Part shown: piece after piece, positions 31,783 through 41,622 of the stretch
Numbering within the stretch: the stretch's first letter is position 1
Layout: every line of letters starts with the position of its first letter
Virus record (IMG/VR): IMGVR_UViG_2687453508_000006
Direction: 5' to 3' (one strand)
Source of the DNA: a virus
Taxonomy: Duplodnaviria > Heunggongvirae > Uroviricota > Caudoviricetes
Length of the DNA: 64,000 nt
Notes under the pieces: generated by a model
The model's database searches: none
What the model saw: only the letters and a program-made list of their open reading frames with translations
Told to the model about the DNA's origin: nothing
Position numbers and translations under genes: made by a program

Positions 31783-33143
31783 TTTCTCAGTATCCCCCTG
31801 AACATCGCTTTCACTGCATCATGCTCTGTTTCACTGATTGCCTTATTACCGTCAGATGCGCCGTCAGGCAGTTGTGCTGAAACTGTTTTCCCGGCAGACG
31901 CGAACGGATCCTCACGGGCATCACGACGGGACAGCGCCTCCAGACTGTAGTTCTGCTGCTGAAGATACAGTGCATCACCGCCGGCCAGGGGCGGCAGGTT
32001 CTCCCGTTTACGGGCCTCATTGGGCGTGAGAAGCGTATTTTTCACCGCATCCCCCAGCGTTTTCATGCGCCGCTCACTGTCCATTCTCAGCAGCGTGGTG
32101 ACATCAAATTCTGTACTCTCGTTTTCCCCCGTTTCCAGCGCCTCATCCAGTAACAGTTCAATGGACTCAATCAGCGTCTGCAGACACTGGGAATAATACT
32201 GCTGCTCCAGCGCCTCCACGTTGTCACTGGAAGGCGGGTGGCCAACGCCAATCTTGTAGGCCGGGACACGGAACACCGAACAGACAATTTCAGCCGTCAT
32301 TTTCAGTTGTTCCACCGTCTGCGCATCCACCGGTGAAAACGTCGTGGGGCTGTATTTTGCCCCGTTGCTCAGTATGGCCGTCTTCCCGGCATTTTCGCCC
32401 GTATATCCGCTGTCCCAGTTCCCCTTCAGTTTTTTCGCGTTTTCTTCCGTAATACTGCCGGGGACCTCAATCACGCCTGATGGTCGCCCGCCATTTCTGA
32501 AAAAATACGTCGAATTTGCCTGAATATGATGCCCCTGCATGGCGGCCAGTCCTGCGGCATACACCGGCGGCAGCCCCACAAGCGGATGAAAAAAACAGTT
32601 AAAACGGTCGTGGATCACCTCCCGGGCAGGCACCGTCACCGACTCTGTGATCCCACAGTTCCGGTCCGGCGTGATGCGGTAGAACACCTCGCCGTCATCC
32701 GCCACCAGAGGTTCAACCCGGTTCCAGTCCAGAATACGCAGTTCTTTGATCTGCCCCCGGGGGGTGCGGATTTTCAGCACCACCGTATTGCCGTGACGCA
32801 ATTTGGAATTCAGCCACAGTTCAAAAAACTGGATGCGATTCTGCTGCGCATTAGGACGACGACAGAGACGGGCAGTATCTCCCTGCCGCTTTTCCCGGCG
32901 TATTCCCTGTACATCAGTCTGCATCAGGCGAAGCCGCATTTTGGCAATATCCTGGGATATCAGCGAAATGCATGAAAACACCGCGTGAAAGGACAAAACG
33001 GTTTCCGGATCGGCTTTCACCCCCTGCTGCCAGGCACCGGCAAAAGGCTCAGCCACCGCCTGAAACAGGGACCGCCAGCCCACTTCTCTTACGTCACGTC
33101 CTGATTTCTGGTTTTTTCGGGTTCGCCGCAAAAGGTTCCACAT
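31779..33143 (-). CDS. portal protein (copy 2)
   Basis: Identical to 14634-15998. Confidence 0.7.
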   Translation of the reverse strand: MWNLLRRTRKNQKSGRDVREVGWRSLFQAVAEPFAGAWQQGVKADPETVLSFHAVFSCISLISQDIAKMRLRLMQTDVQGIRREKRQGDTARLCRRPNAQQNRIQFFELWLNSKLRHGNTVVLKIRTPRGQIKELRILDWNRVEPLVADDGEVFYRITPDRNCGITESVTVPAREVIHDRFNCFFHPLVGLPPVYAAGLAAMQGHHIQANSTYFFRNGGRPSGVIEVPGSITEENAKKLKGNWDSGYTGENAGKTAILSNGAKYSPTTFSPVDAQTVEQLKMTAEIVCSVFRVPAYKIGVGHPPSSDNVEALEQQYYSQCLQTLIESIELLLDEALETGENESTEFDVTTLLRMDSERRMKTLGDAVKNTLLTPNEARKRENLPPLAGGDALYLQQQNYSLEALSRRDAREDPFASAGKTVSAQLPDGASDGNKAISETEHDAVKAMFRGILRK

Positions 33144-33354
33144 TCGCCATGCTCCGCATCACGTTTCTTTTTCTGACCTGCCGGACGTCGCGCTGTGATG
33201 TACTCCGCCTTCCCCAGGCGAACCAGCACCTCCGCACACGGCTGTGCCACATCACGGATATCCCCGGCCCGGGCATCATGCGTGCCCTGCAGATATCGGA
33301 TCTTTGCCATAACCTGTTACGGGAGGCGCACGCCTCCCGTCCTCCTTATCAGAC

Positions 33355-35292
33355 TCAGCCGCCGGACGCACTGCCGTAGTTCACTCCGGTGATCACCGCC
33401 ACCGCCGCAGTACGGCGACGACGCCAGTTGATCCAGCGCTCCGCACGGATGGCCACGCTGCCTGTCTGGAACATGGAAACCAGCTCCACCGGGGACGGCG
33501 TGGTACTGTCGCCGCCCGGCTCAGACTGCATTTCCAGTGATGCCTCGCGGGACATATCCACTGCCACGCCGCCGTCATCCGCCAGATAAATATCCGGGGC
33601 ATTCACCAGCACCAGCTGGTCACCCACGTACTGGGAGACAATCACCGGCAGCCCCTGGAAGGAGCCACCCAGCAGGGTCATGTCCGGGTATTCCTTCTGA
33701 CCCAGCGCATTTTTACGCATGGACAGTGCCAGGGCATTGGTGCTGGACATCAGCCAGACCGCACCGGTGGGCTGCAGGTTTGCTGCCACAAACTGTCCAA
33801 ACGCAGCCTCGGCATCCGCATCCGGGTTACCGGTTGATGCCGTGCCCTTCACATCATGGGTGATGGACGCCGGGGAGACATCTGCCACTGCGGCTTTTTT
33901 CGGGTCCACAAAGTCTGTATCCAGACGCGCCACCACCGCTTCCGCCAGCGCATTACGGACCAGTGCATCAGCAGCCGGACTGGAAAAACGGATCAATTCT
34001 TCCGTCAGTACCGCAATGGCCGACACCTTCGCATGACTGAAGGTGATGGATTCAAAATCAAACTTCGTCAGGGGTTTTGCCTTACCCTCACCCACCCAGC
34101 CGGCAGCACCGCCGGACACCTGGGCGTGCACACGGATATTGAATGGCACCTGACGAAGTGCAGGGATCCCGCCCTGACCAAATCGCCCGATAATGGTCTG
34201 CGGACGCAGGTAATCAATAAAGTCCTGTGCGTATTCCTGATATTCAGACAGGCTGCCTGCCCACTGCGGATCCGTGGTGGTCCCCGCGCCCACTGCCGAT
34301 TTCAGGACATGATGCAGACGACTGTCATCCGGATACTGACGACGGGCCACTTCCAGGGCTTCAGATCGGACGCCTTTAGCCGCAGCCAGCGATTTGGCAA
34401 AGCGGGCGAAGCCAATCCCCTTATCCAGTTTCTGCTCCACACGGATCACCGGCGCAGAAGCCACCGCGGCCACATTCCCGTTACCGGCCTGTTTCACCGG
34501 CTGCGCCGTGGCGGCCTTACCGGCTTCCAGTTCACGCAGGCGCTTCAGGTGCGCATCCACCTGACGGATTTCCGCTGCGGTGTTGTCGTAATGCTCTTCC
34601 TCCTCCACATCCAGCGTGCGCCCTTCCTCTGCGGCTTTGGTCATGACCTCCTCAAGGGAGGCTGCCAGCGCTGCACGCTTGTTTTCAAAACTTTTAATCT
34701 GTTCGCCAATATTCATTATGGTCTTTTCCTTATGAAAAACGGTTGTTGACTGTGCCGCAGCGCCGGCAGAAGATGCGATTTTCACCACCGGTTTCCGGTT
34801 GCCGGACGCGGCAGAAAACGGGCGGTCGTAAGATTTAATGGTCCGGATGGTGCATTCCGCATTCGCGGGCACGGTGACGGCAGACACCTCCATCAGTTCC
34901 CAGCGCAGAAAATGCAGTCCGCCTCCGTCCAGAAAGGTGTATTCATGGGGACGGAAGCCCACGGACAGCCCCCTGACCAGCCCGGTCTTAATGGCCGCCC
35001 AGACCTCATCCAGCCGGGCAGCCAGTTGCGACGGCATATCCGGTACGGGCTTCACCAGTGTTGCCGTGATTTCCAGCCCTTCGCTGACCCGGCGCACCGT
35101 ACACTGCCCCACCGGGCGGGAATGGTCATGCTGCCAGAGAAACGGGATCGCACTGCCAAACTCCGCGCCCTCCGGCTCCAGGATGTCACCATCCCGATCC
35201 GGAGAAGGCGTTGACGCAATCCCGGTGATCACCCGTTCATCCTCACTGAAGGATTTCACCGTCAGCAGGGAACAGGCCCGTTTAAGAGTCAC
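33355..35292 (-). CDS. prohead protease - major capsid fusion (copy 2)
   Basis: Identical to 16210-18147. Confidence 0.75.
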   Translation of the reverse strand: MTLKRACSLLTVKSFSEDERVITGIASTPSPDRDGDILEPEGAEFGSAIPFLWQHDHSRPVGQCTVRRVSEGLEITATLVKPVPDMPSQLAARLDEVWAAIKTGLVRGLSVGFRPHEYTFLDGGGLHFLRWELMEVSAVTVPANAECTIRTIKSYDRPFSAASGNRKPVVKIASSAGAAAQSTTVFHKEKTIMNIGEQIKSFENKRAALAASLEEVMTKAAEEGRTLDVEEEEHYDNTAAEIRQVDAHLKRLRELEAGKAATAQPVKQAGNGNVAAVASAPVIRVEQKLDKGIGFARFAKSLAAAKGVRSEALEVARRQYPDDSRLHHVLKSAVGAGTTTDPQWAGSLSEYQEYAQDFIDYLRPQTIIGRFGQGGIPALRQVPFNIRVHAQVSGGAAGWVGEGKAKPLTKFDFESITFSHAKVSAIAVLTEELIRFSSPAADALVRNALAEAVVARLDTDFVDPKKAAVADVSPASITHDVKGTASTGNPDADAEAAFGQFVAANLQPTGAVWLMSSTNALALSMRKNALGQKEYPDMTLLGGSFQGLPVIVSQYVGDQLVLVNAPDIYLADDGGVAVDMSREASLEMQSEPGGDSTTPSPVELVSMFQTGSVAIRAERWINWRRRRTAAVAVITGVNYGSASGG

Positions 35293-35355
35293 ATCAGCCT
35301 CCTGAAAATAAAAAAACCGCCGCAGCGGTTCATGATGGTTACAGTGTGAACAGGG

Positions 35356-37017
35356 TTATATGAAAAAAACCGCATATTCTTTCTTTTTCGGTTCCGGGTT
35401 AAGGGACATCAGGGAGACCGCATTGAACAGCGCCATCAGCGGGTCAATTTTTCCCCGTCCACTGGCCTGTTTGGTGATAAGAATGGCGTTACCTTTAGGC
35501 TCCACCCGGGCATTGCCGACACACCAGGCCATCAGGGGCTGGTCACCATGCACCAGCACCCCTTCAGCCAGTTTGCGCTCGGTGGTTTTAATGGCCCCGC
35601 CCAGTTTCCAGCCCTGGCTTATCCCCACCACAATTCCGTCGGGGATCCCGGCTTCCGCCAGTGAATCCAGAATCTGCCCCACCCCTGACGGGTCAATACC
35701 GATATGGTCCAGTAACTCAGCCTCATGAATGCGACGCACATATTCCGCCACTTCCGCCGTGTCATCCCCGACACGCCGGACAATGGTCATATCTCCACAG
35801 GCAACAAGATCCTGAAACCGGGACGCCTCGCTCTTCCGTCGGACCACCGCGGTTTCATGCGCCCAGGCATGGCCCCAGCCCAGCCATTCGCGGGTTTCCC
35901 TGTCACGGCCAATCACGTACATTCCCAGCAGATCATCCAGGCCCCCGCCGTCAATCCCCACCGTCACCACATCAGCGCGCTGCAGGATATCGTCCAGGCT
36001 GACGCGCCTGCCCTGCTGCTCCCAGAAATCCGCACCCGCCCAGCGGTCAGAACGCAGGGCAAGACCAATTTCCACATTGGCATGTTTTGACATGAAGCCA
36101 CGAAATGCTTCCTCACCAGCCTCCCGGGCTTTACGGTACTCCCGGTACAGAAAAGCCTCATCCACCGAATAACCGAGATTCGGGTTAACCATGGCGAGGT
36201 TTTCCATCAGCAGGTGAGCCCCGCTTTCCACCATTTCAGGAGGATGCTCAAAAATCACCGGCAGAAAGTGCGGATCATGAATTTTGCCGTCACGGACATC
36301 CCGGGCGTACTGCAGTTTCTGTCTGAACACCCCGGCTGGCGGCTCATTCGACTGGGTGGTCGTATACACCACAAACCCTTCCGGGCGGGAGGCAAGGCCG
36401 CCTATGGCTTCACGTAACATGTCCTCCGCTTTGTACTGCTTGCCAAATAACCACAGTTCATCAATCAGCGTCCCCACGGACTTGATACCGGATACCGTAT
36501 TCGGATCGGCAGCCACCACCTTCAGGGTGGTGTCCGTCACCCTGTGGGTGATGGTCCGGATATGTGTCTGCACCTGACAGAGGTCATCCAGATCATCGTC
36601 CCGTCGTACCATATCCCTGGCAGGGTTGAAGGCGTTAGCCGCCACCTCCACGGTCGGGGCCAGAATGGTGTAGCCCGCCGCCTGCCGCCAGTTCAGTAAC
36701 AGCGCCGTCATCATGATCCCGGCAGCCAGCGTGGACTTGCTGTTTTTCTTGGGGATAAGGATAAAAACTTCCTTGATATGGCGTACACCGGTCTGCGCAT
36801 CGTAGGAGCCAAACAGGGCCGCCACCAGGTCAAACACCCACTGTGCGCAGGACTCCCCGAACGTCGGGCTGCCCGGTGCATCCACAATCCGCAGTTGTTT
36901 AAAAATCGCCAGGGCATGTGCGGCCTGCTCCGGATAAATCGGAGCCGGAATAATCGACAGCCCCTTTTTCAGGCGCTCTGCCCAGTCCGGGCAGGCCGTG
37001 CTCCACACAGGTATCAT
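35356..37017 (-). CDS. terminase large subunit (copy 2)
   Basis: Identical to 18211-19872. Confidence 0.85.
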   Translation of the reverse strand: MIPVWSTACPDWAERLKKGLSIIPAPIYPEQAAHALAIFKQLRIVDAPGSPTFGESCAQWVFDLVAALFGSYDAQTGVRHIKEVFILIPKKNSKSTLAAGIMMTALLLNWRQAAGYTILAPTVEVAANAFNPARDMVRRDDDLDDLCQVQTHIRTITHRVTDTTLKVVAADPNTVSGIKSVGTLIDELWLFGKQYKAEDMLREAIGGLASRPEGFVVYTTTQSNEPPAGVFRQKLQYARDVRDGKIHDPHFLPVIFEHPPEMVESGAHLLMENLAMVNPNLGYSVDEAFLYREYRKAREAGEEAFRGFMSKHANVEIGLALRSDRWAGADFWEQQGRRVSLDDILQRADVVTVGIDGGGLDDLLGMYVIGRDRETREWLGWGHAWAHETAVVRRKSEASRFQDLVACGDMTIVRRVGDDTAEVAEYVRRIHEAELLDHIGIDPSGVGQILDSLAEAGIPDGIVVGISQGWKLGGAIKTTERKLAEGVLVHGDQPLMAWCVGNARVEPKGNAILITKQASGRGKIDPLMALFNAVSLMSLNPEPKKKEYAVFFI

Positions 37018-37577
37018 CCGTTGCCCTCATTATCATTATTCACCACCAGGCGGGGTGGTGGTGGCACCGCAAAACGGTTAGCCGCTTTTTTCGCCGCGTC
37101 ACCTTTTGCCGATTTTTTACCGGCATCCCCTTTTTTGTGGTGCGTGAACTGCGCCAGCTTATAAGCCGCATCCAGCGCCAGCCTGGGGTCGGTATTAATG
37201 TTCTCCACCAGAAGACGCCCCATCGCTTTCACCGGATCGGGAAGACCGTCCTCCATATACTCAATACCAGGAGATATCACCACGGGCGGTGGCATCTCCG
37301 GATTTGTTTCGTCCGGCTGTGGTATTGCAGCCGCCTCACGGCGACGGGGTTTATCCTCCGGCTCTGATTTTTTCTGCCGATAAACAGGAACCTCATCCAC
37401 CTCCACCGTCTCGCACTGTTTACGGGCTATAAACGCAAGCACCTCCGGATCTTTTGCCAGCTGCGAGCCTTTAACCCTGGCTGTCTTCGCCGAATAACCG
37501 GCGGCAAGGGCTGACGCTGTTTTGTTTTTCCCGGACATGAGCGCCAGCGCAAATTTTCGTTTTTGCGTTGTCAGCAC
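37014..37577 (-). CDS. terminase small subunit (copy 2)
   Basis: Identical to 19869-20432. Confidence 0.7.
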   Translation of the reverse strand: MLTTQKRKFALALMSGKNKTASALAAGYSAKTARVKGSQLAKDPEVLAFIARKQCETVEVDEVPVYRQKKSEPEDKPRRREAAAIPQPDETNPEMPPPVVISPGIEYMEDGLPDPVKAMGRLLVENINTDPRLALDAAYKLAQFTHHKKGDAGKKSAKGDAAKKAANRFAVPPPPRLVVNNDNEGNG

Positions 37578-37648
37578 AGCCTCCTCCCGGGTCCAGAACG
37601 CACTCAGCCGGGTATGGTTCAGCCCATTTTTCCCGGCGTCTCATGCCG

Positions 37649-37774
37649 CAAATGTTAACTGCTGCCTGGTTAACATTTGCTGAAAAAGCCTGTTAACATT
37701 TTTTCCGCACAACAAACTGAATAATAAAGATAAAAACCGCAAAAATGCCCGGGCAGCCAGTTAACATGTTAACT
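37649..37774. other. cos-like GTTAACAT palindrome cluster (copy 2)
   Basis: Same motifs as 20504-20629. Confidence 0.4.
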
Positions 37775-37866
37775 GCCCTGAAACGGGAATTTTTTCTCTG
37801 CGTGAGAGGGGGCGCGGTGTCCAGGGCGATCGTTTTTTTTCGCCGGATGATCCCCCCCGGGTCTGG

Positions 37867-38232
37867 TCACAGGCCAGTGATTCCGTCGGCCCTGAGCGTG
37901 CCATCAGGAAGCTCAGGCAACGTCGGATCAGGCATACCACTCGCCGCTTCACTCGCTGACTTCTGGCGATGGCATTCAGTACAGAGGGTCCAGAGGTTCG
38001 TCTCCTCATTACCACCACCGAACTGAAGTGCAATGCGGTGATCGAGTTCACTGTCACAAAGGTCAACCACGCGTCTACAGAGACAACAGTGTCCGGCATC
38101 CCTCCGCCAGATACGACGTTTGAGGGAAACCCGGGCACTGCCACTGACACGACGCTGTTCCCCCCTCAGGACATTTATCCGCCGGGTGTTCAGAGTTTTG
38201 ATTCTGCCCGGTAACGTACGAAGCACAGCCAT
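37867..38232 (-). CDS. HNH endonuclease (copy 2)
   Basis: Identical to 20721-21086. Confidence 0.8.
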   Translation of the reverse strand: MAVLRTLPGRIKTLNTRRINVLRGEQRRVSGSARVSLKRRIWRRDAGHCCLCRRVVDLCDSELDHRIALQFGGGNEETNLWTLCTECHRQKSASEAASGMPDPTLPELPDGTLRADGITGL

Positions 38233-38273
38233 GTAAAATCCTCGCCATATAGCTTGTCACCAGAGGAAAGAAA

Positions 38274-38501
38274 ATGTCATCGAAAAACCGGCCCCGCAGA
38301 ACAACAACCCGCAACATCCGATTTCCAAACCAGATGATTGAACAAATTAACATCGCTCTTGACCAGAAAGGTTCAGAAAATTTTTCTGCGTGGGTCATTG
38401 AATCTTGCCGCCGGGAGCTGGCAGCAGACATAAAATATGCCCGTCAGTTGACTATAAAAAAGAATGATACACAGTATGCTCTGCGATGGCTGTTCATATA
38501 A
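38274..38501 (+). CDS. ylcI: YlcI/YnfO-family protein (copy 2)
   Basis: Identical to 21128-21355. Confidence 0.65.
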   Translation: MSSKNRPRRTTTRNIRFPNQMIEQINIALDQKGSENFSAWVIESCRRELAADIKYARQLTIKKNDTQYALRWLFI

Positions 38502-38863
38502 CTATTTCTTTATATTGCTGAATTTATAAAAACTCACAGACATTAGCTGTATTAATTCCGAATTGAAATAATCAGCCATATAGAATAAAAATAAAGCATA
38601 ACAATAATAATCTTCTACCCAATCAGTACATTACTGCTGTGACTCCAACACGGCAGTTTTTTTATTGAACAGATTCCAGTTTCTTCCACCATCGCACCGG
38701 ACGGGCGACCATGAGGGGAGAACGCCGCGCTCCGTTTACGCGGTAAACCCCGGTGTGTATCGTTTTTGATTATCCCCGCACACTCTCGCAGAGGAGTCTC
38801 CCTGTCGGGCTGCGGTCTCTGTTAATGCAGGAATACGGCGACGATACGGCGCATCAGCAAAAC

Positions 38864-39331
38864 TTAGTTCAGGCACTGAGTGCGGATATAGTCCTGTGCC
38901 CCTTCCAGCTGCTTCTGCATTGTCATCAACCGTTCTCTGAGGATGAAATAATCCCGTTCAGCGGTGTCTGCCAGTCGGGGGCCGGTTGCATTATCCACGC
39001 CGGAGGTGCCGGTGGCTTCACGCACGGTACCGGAGCAGGTGGCGTTGATCCGCAGGCGCTTACGACCAGCGGCAACATCAGCACGCAGAGTTTCATTTTC
39101 AGCTCTCGCATCGGCTAACTCCCTCGAGTATTTTGCATCGAGCGCAGCAACATCACGCTGGCGCACCTGCATGTCAGTAATGGTGGCATTCGCCTGTTCC
39201 AGCTCTCTGGCTTTTTTATCGCGCTGCGCTTTGTAGGTGAGCGCGTTGTCACGGTAATGGTTTGTTGCCAGCCACAGCGCACCATAGCCAACCGCCAGGA
39301 CAATAATCACCACACACAGAACACGGTTCAT
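38864..39331 (-). CDS. Rz: i-spanin Rz (intact copy)
   Basis: 155 aa, N-terminal TM helix [22 protein letters not shown] then coiled-coil periplasmic domain. Confidence 0.8.
   Translation of the reverse strand: MNRVLCVVIIVLAVGYGALWLATNHYRDNALTYKAQRDKKARELEQANATITDMQVRQRDVAALDAKYSRELADARAENETLRADVAAGRKRLRINATCSGTVREATGTSGVDNATGPRLADTAERDYFILRERLMTMQKQLEGAQDYIRTQCLN
38926..39111 (-). CDS. Rz1: o-spanin Rz1 embedded in Rz
   Basis: 61-aa lipoprotein ORF in +1 frame within Rz. Confidence 0.65.
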   Translation of the reverse strand: MRELKMKLCVLMLPLVVSACGSTPPAPVPCVKPPAPPAWIMQPAPDWQTPLNGIISSSENG

Positions 39332-39484
39332 CTCTCTTTCACCCCACCAGTCCCGATAACGTCAGGACTCGCCAGGCGGTGGAAAAGAAAATGGCAACCA
39401 GCATGACTAAAAATGAAATGCCGACAAGTACACAGAGGCTCTTCACCAGCGTTATGAGTTTATCTGATATCATTAGCCACCCCA

Positions 39485-40054
39485 TCAATCCGCCTTTGTT
39501 ATTTTCCCTTTGCCTGTATCAGCCAGGACAAAATCAATCAGCATATTCGCTTCATTTACCAGCGTACGGATTTTTGATACATGCGCGGCTTTAACCTGTT
39601 TCCACTCATTCAGCCCGGTAGCAAACACACTGGCAATGTTTTTATCCCGTTTCATGTCAGCACAAGCCTGGTTGAGTTCTTCCATCACGCTCATTTTACG
39701 GGGATTAACGACAAAACCCTTCGTCCAGTACTCGTAAAGAACATCGTCGCACTCTTCCTGATACCGGATGACCTTATCGCGGATTTCGGGTTTTACTTTG
39801 TTGGGATTAATGGTTTGTAGCCAGCCGGCAAGTTTTCGAAGTGGCATGGACACCATATTGCGTTGTTTCCCATCCTCAGCAACCATAACGATTTCCGTTA
39901 TAGTTGACGCAAAACGCTGTCTTAACTTAGCCAACTGTGATTGCCAGGCCAGCCCCATCCCCGCAACGACAGGTTTCATGGGAACGTATGGTTCGCCATT
40001 ATGGTTAACTACATAAAGAGAGTTGCCGTGAAACGGCACGGCCATCATATTCAT
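39485..40054 (-). CDS. antirepressor-like protein (P22_AR N-domain-like), intact copy
   Basis: 189 aa MNMMAVPFHGNSLYVVNHNGEPYVPMKPVVAGMGLAW...; sits between R and Rz as in some Stx-type phages. Confidence 0.5.
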   Translation of the reverse strand: MNMMAVPFHGNSLYVVNHNGEPYVPMKPVVAGMGLAWQSQLAKLRQRFASTITEIVMVAEDGKQRNMVSMPLRKLAGWLQTINPNKVKPEIRDKVIRYQEECDDVLYEYWTKGFVVNPRKMSVMEELNQACADMKRDKNIASVFATGLNEWKQVKAAHVSKIRTLVNEANMLIDFVLADTGKGKITKAD

Positions 40055-40324
40055 CGGTTATTTCCTTTTAGTGATGAACCTTGTCTCACAGGAATCCAGC
40101 CCACAGAAAGGCACCGACAGCCAAACCGGTATCCTCAAGGGTCATCCTGAAAGGTTCTGTGTTGTGAGATGCGCGTGAGATGCGCAGAAATGACAAAGGC
40201 ATCATTACGGTGCCTGAGTGTTAAACAACTGCTTTGACTTTATTCACTTACATTTTGCCAATTTGCAGGATTTCGTGTTATCCGTCCATGTAAGCAAACC
40301 TCATTTTTCAGCAAAATATTCTGC

Positions 40325-40858
40325 TTATCTGTCGATTCCCCAGCACGCCAGCGCGCTCTCCTGGTCACGACGGGATACCTGACCGTAACAGTTATTTGAG
40401 CGAATACGGCAGTCCCTGCCACCGTCCTTAATCCACCAGCGAATCGCTTCGCAGGCACCTTTTCGATCTCCTGCATTAATCCGTCTGTAAAACGTCGACG
40501 GGAAACACTTACCGGGGCCAATGTTGTACGGACAGAATGACGCGATCCCCGCTTTCTGGGGTTCGGTCAGCGGCACTCTGATGTTTTTCTCCACCCATGC
40601 CAGCGCCTTATCACGCTCAATGGCGTTAACCCGGTCGCATTTTTCCTTCGACAGCTTCATGCCAGGAATAACAGGCTTACCATCCCCCCGGGTGGCTCCA
40701 CGGCAGATGGTCCAGATACCCGCACCATCACGGTATGCTGTGGTGTGGTTACCTTCCTTTTCATCCAGAAACTGGTCGAGGATTTCAGGCGCAGACGCCC
40801 CTGCACCAATCAGCGCCAGAACGGCAGCCGACAGGCCGTATCTGATTTTTGCGTTCAT
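40325..40858 (-). CDS. R: SAR endolysin (copy 2)
   Basis: Identical to 23173-23706. Confidence 0.85.
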   Translation of the reverse strand: MNAKIRYGLSAAVLALIGAGASAPEILDQFLDEKEGNHTTAYRDGAGIWTICRGATRGDGKPVIPGMKLSKEKCDRVNAIERDKALAWVEKNIRVPLTEPQKAGIASFCPYNIGPGKCFPSTFYRRINAGDRKGACEAIRWWIKDGGRDCRIRSNNCYGQVSRRDQESALACWGIDR

Positions 40859-40908
40859 GGATATTTATCAGGGTTTATCGATTTCAAATCCCTGGATATG
40901 TTAAGTCT

Positions 40909-41253
40909 TCAGGCCAGCGGTGGAGTCTTCAGAGAACCCGTAATTATTCCCGGTAGTTTTCCTCTGTAGGTTATCAACACATCCTGCGCCTCTAAAATTA
41001 CGGGACGCTTTTCCGGTAACGGACCATCCCCTTCACATAACCCGGCAGCAACATCCATGAAAAACTGCTTCGCCTGCTTTTTCGCCTCAGCTTCGTAAAA
41101 CTCCAGCGTGGCACCTTCAGTACGGTCAAGACTAATCGCCACATGTGGCAACAACAACGACGGATGCCCGCCAATTTCAAGTGCCACAGTAACAGCAATC
41201 TTATCCGGGTAATTATTTATCTCTTTAACAACCAGTTCGTATTTTTTCTTCAT
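40909..41253 (-). CDS. hypothetical soluble protein inserted between holin S and endolysin R
   Basis: 114-aa ORF MKKKYELVVKEINNYPDKIAVTVALEIGG...; no TM segment; right duplication junction (40914-40921) lies in its last codons. Confidence 0.45.
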   Translation of the reverse strand: MKKKYELVVKEINNYPDKIAVTVALEIGGHPSLLLPHVAISLDRTEGATLEFYEAEAKKQAKQFFMDVAAGLCEGDGPLPEKRPVILEAQDVLITYRGKLPGIITGSLKTPPLA

Positions 41254-41257
41254 CGCT

Positions 41258-41473
41258 TTAGTCTCCCCGCGCCGTCTTACGGCGGTCCTCCCTGATTTTG
41301 AAATACAGGTTAGTCAGATACGTCAGCAGGCCAAACAGCAGACTCCCCAGTACACCTATTGCCACCCACTGGGACGGAGAGACTTTGTCCAGCAGTTGCA
41401 GTAACCAGTATCCCGTCCCTACCGCTGACGTGGTGTATGACACACCTGTTGTGATTTTTTCCATCTGGTACAT
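41258..41473 (-). CDS. S: class II holin (phage-21 S-type pinholin) with dual start motif
   Basis: [71 protein letters not shown]; two in-frame ATGs at 41473 and 41464; paired with a SAR endolysin. Confidence 0.8.
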   Translation of the reverse strand: MYQMEKITTGVSYTTSAVGTGYWLLQLLDKVSPSQWVAIGVLGSLLFGLLTYLTNLYFKIREDRRKTARGD

Positions 41474-41622
41474 ACCCCGTCTCCCGTTATCCGGAAGCTG
41501 ACAACAATAAAAAAGCCACCAGTTAACTACTGATGGCTCTGATAACTCATGCAGGCGTCTCAGACGACCCACTGACACTACCGGTGAGTTTAACGATACC
41601 TTCCATTTGACTGGCTCACTTT

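Larger units (their letters stand above)
23770..40921. repeat. tandem direct repeat, copy 2 (17,152 bp)
   Basis: Bounded by CCAGCGGT at 23762-23769 and 40914-40921; head genes identical to copy 1, tail genes carry indels and clustered substitutions. Confidence 0.85.
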
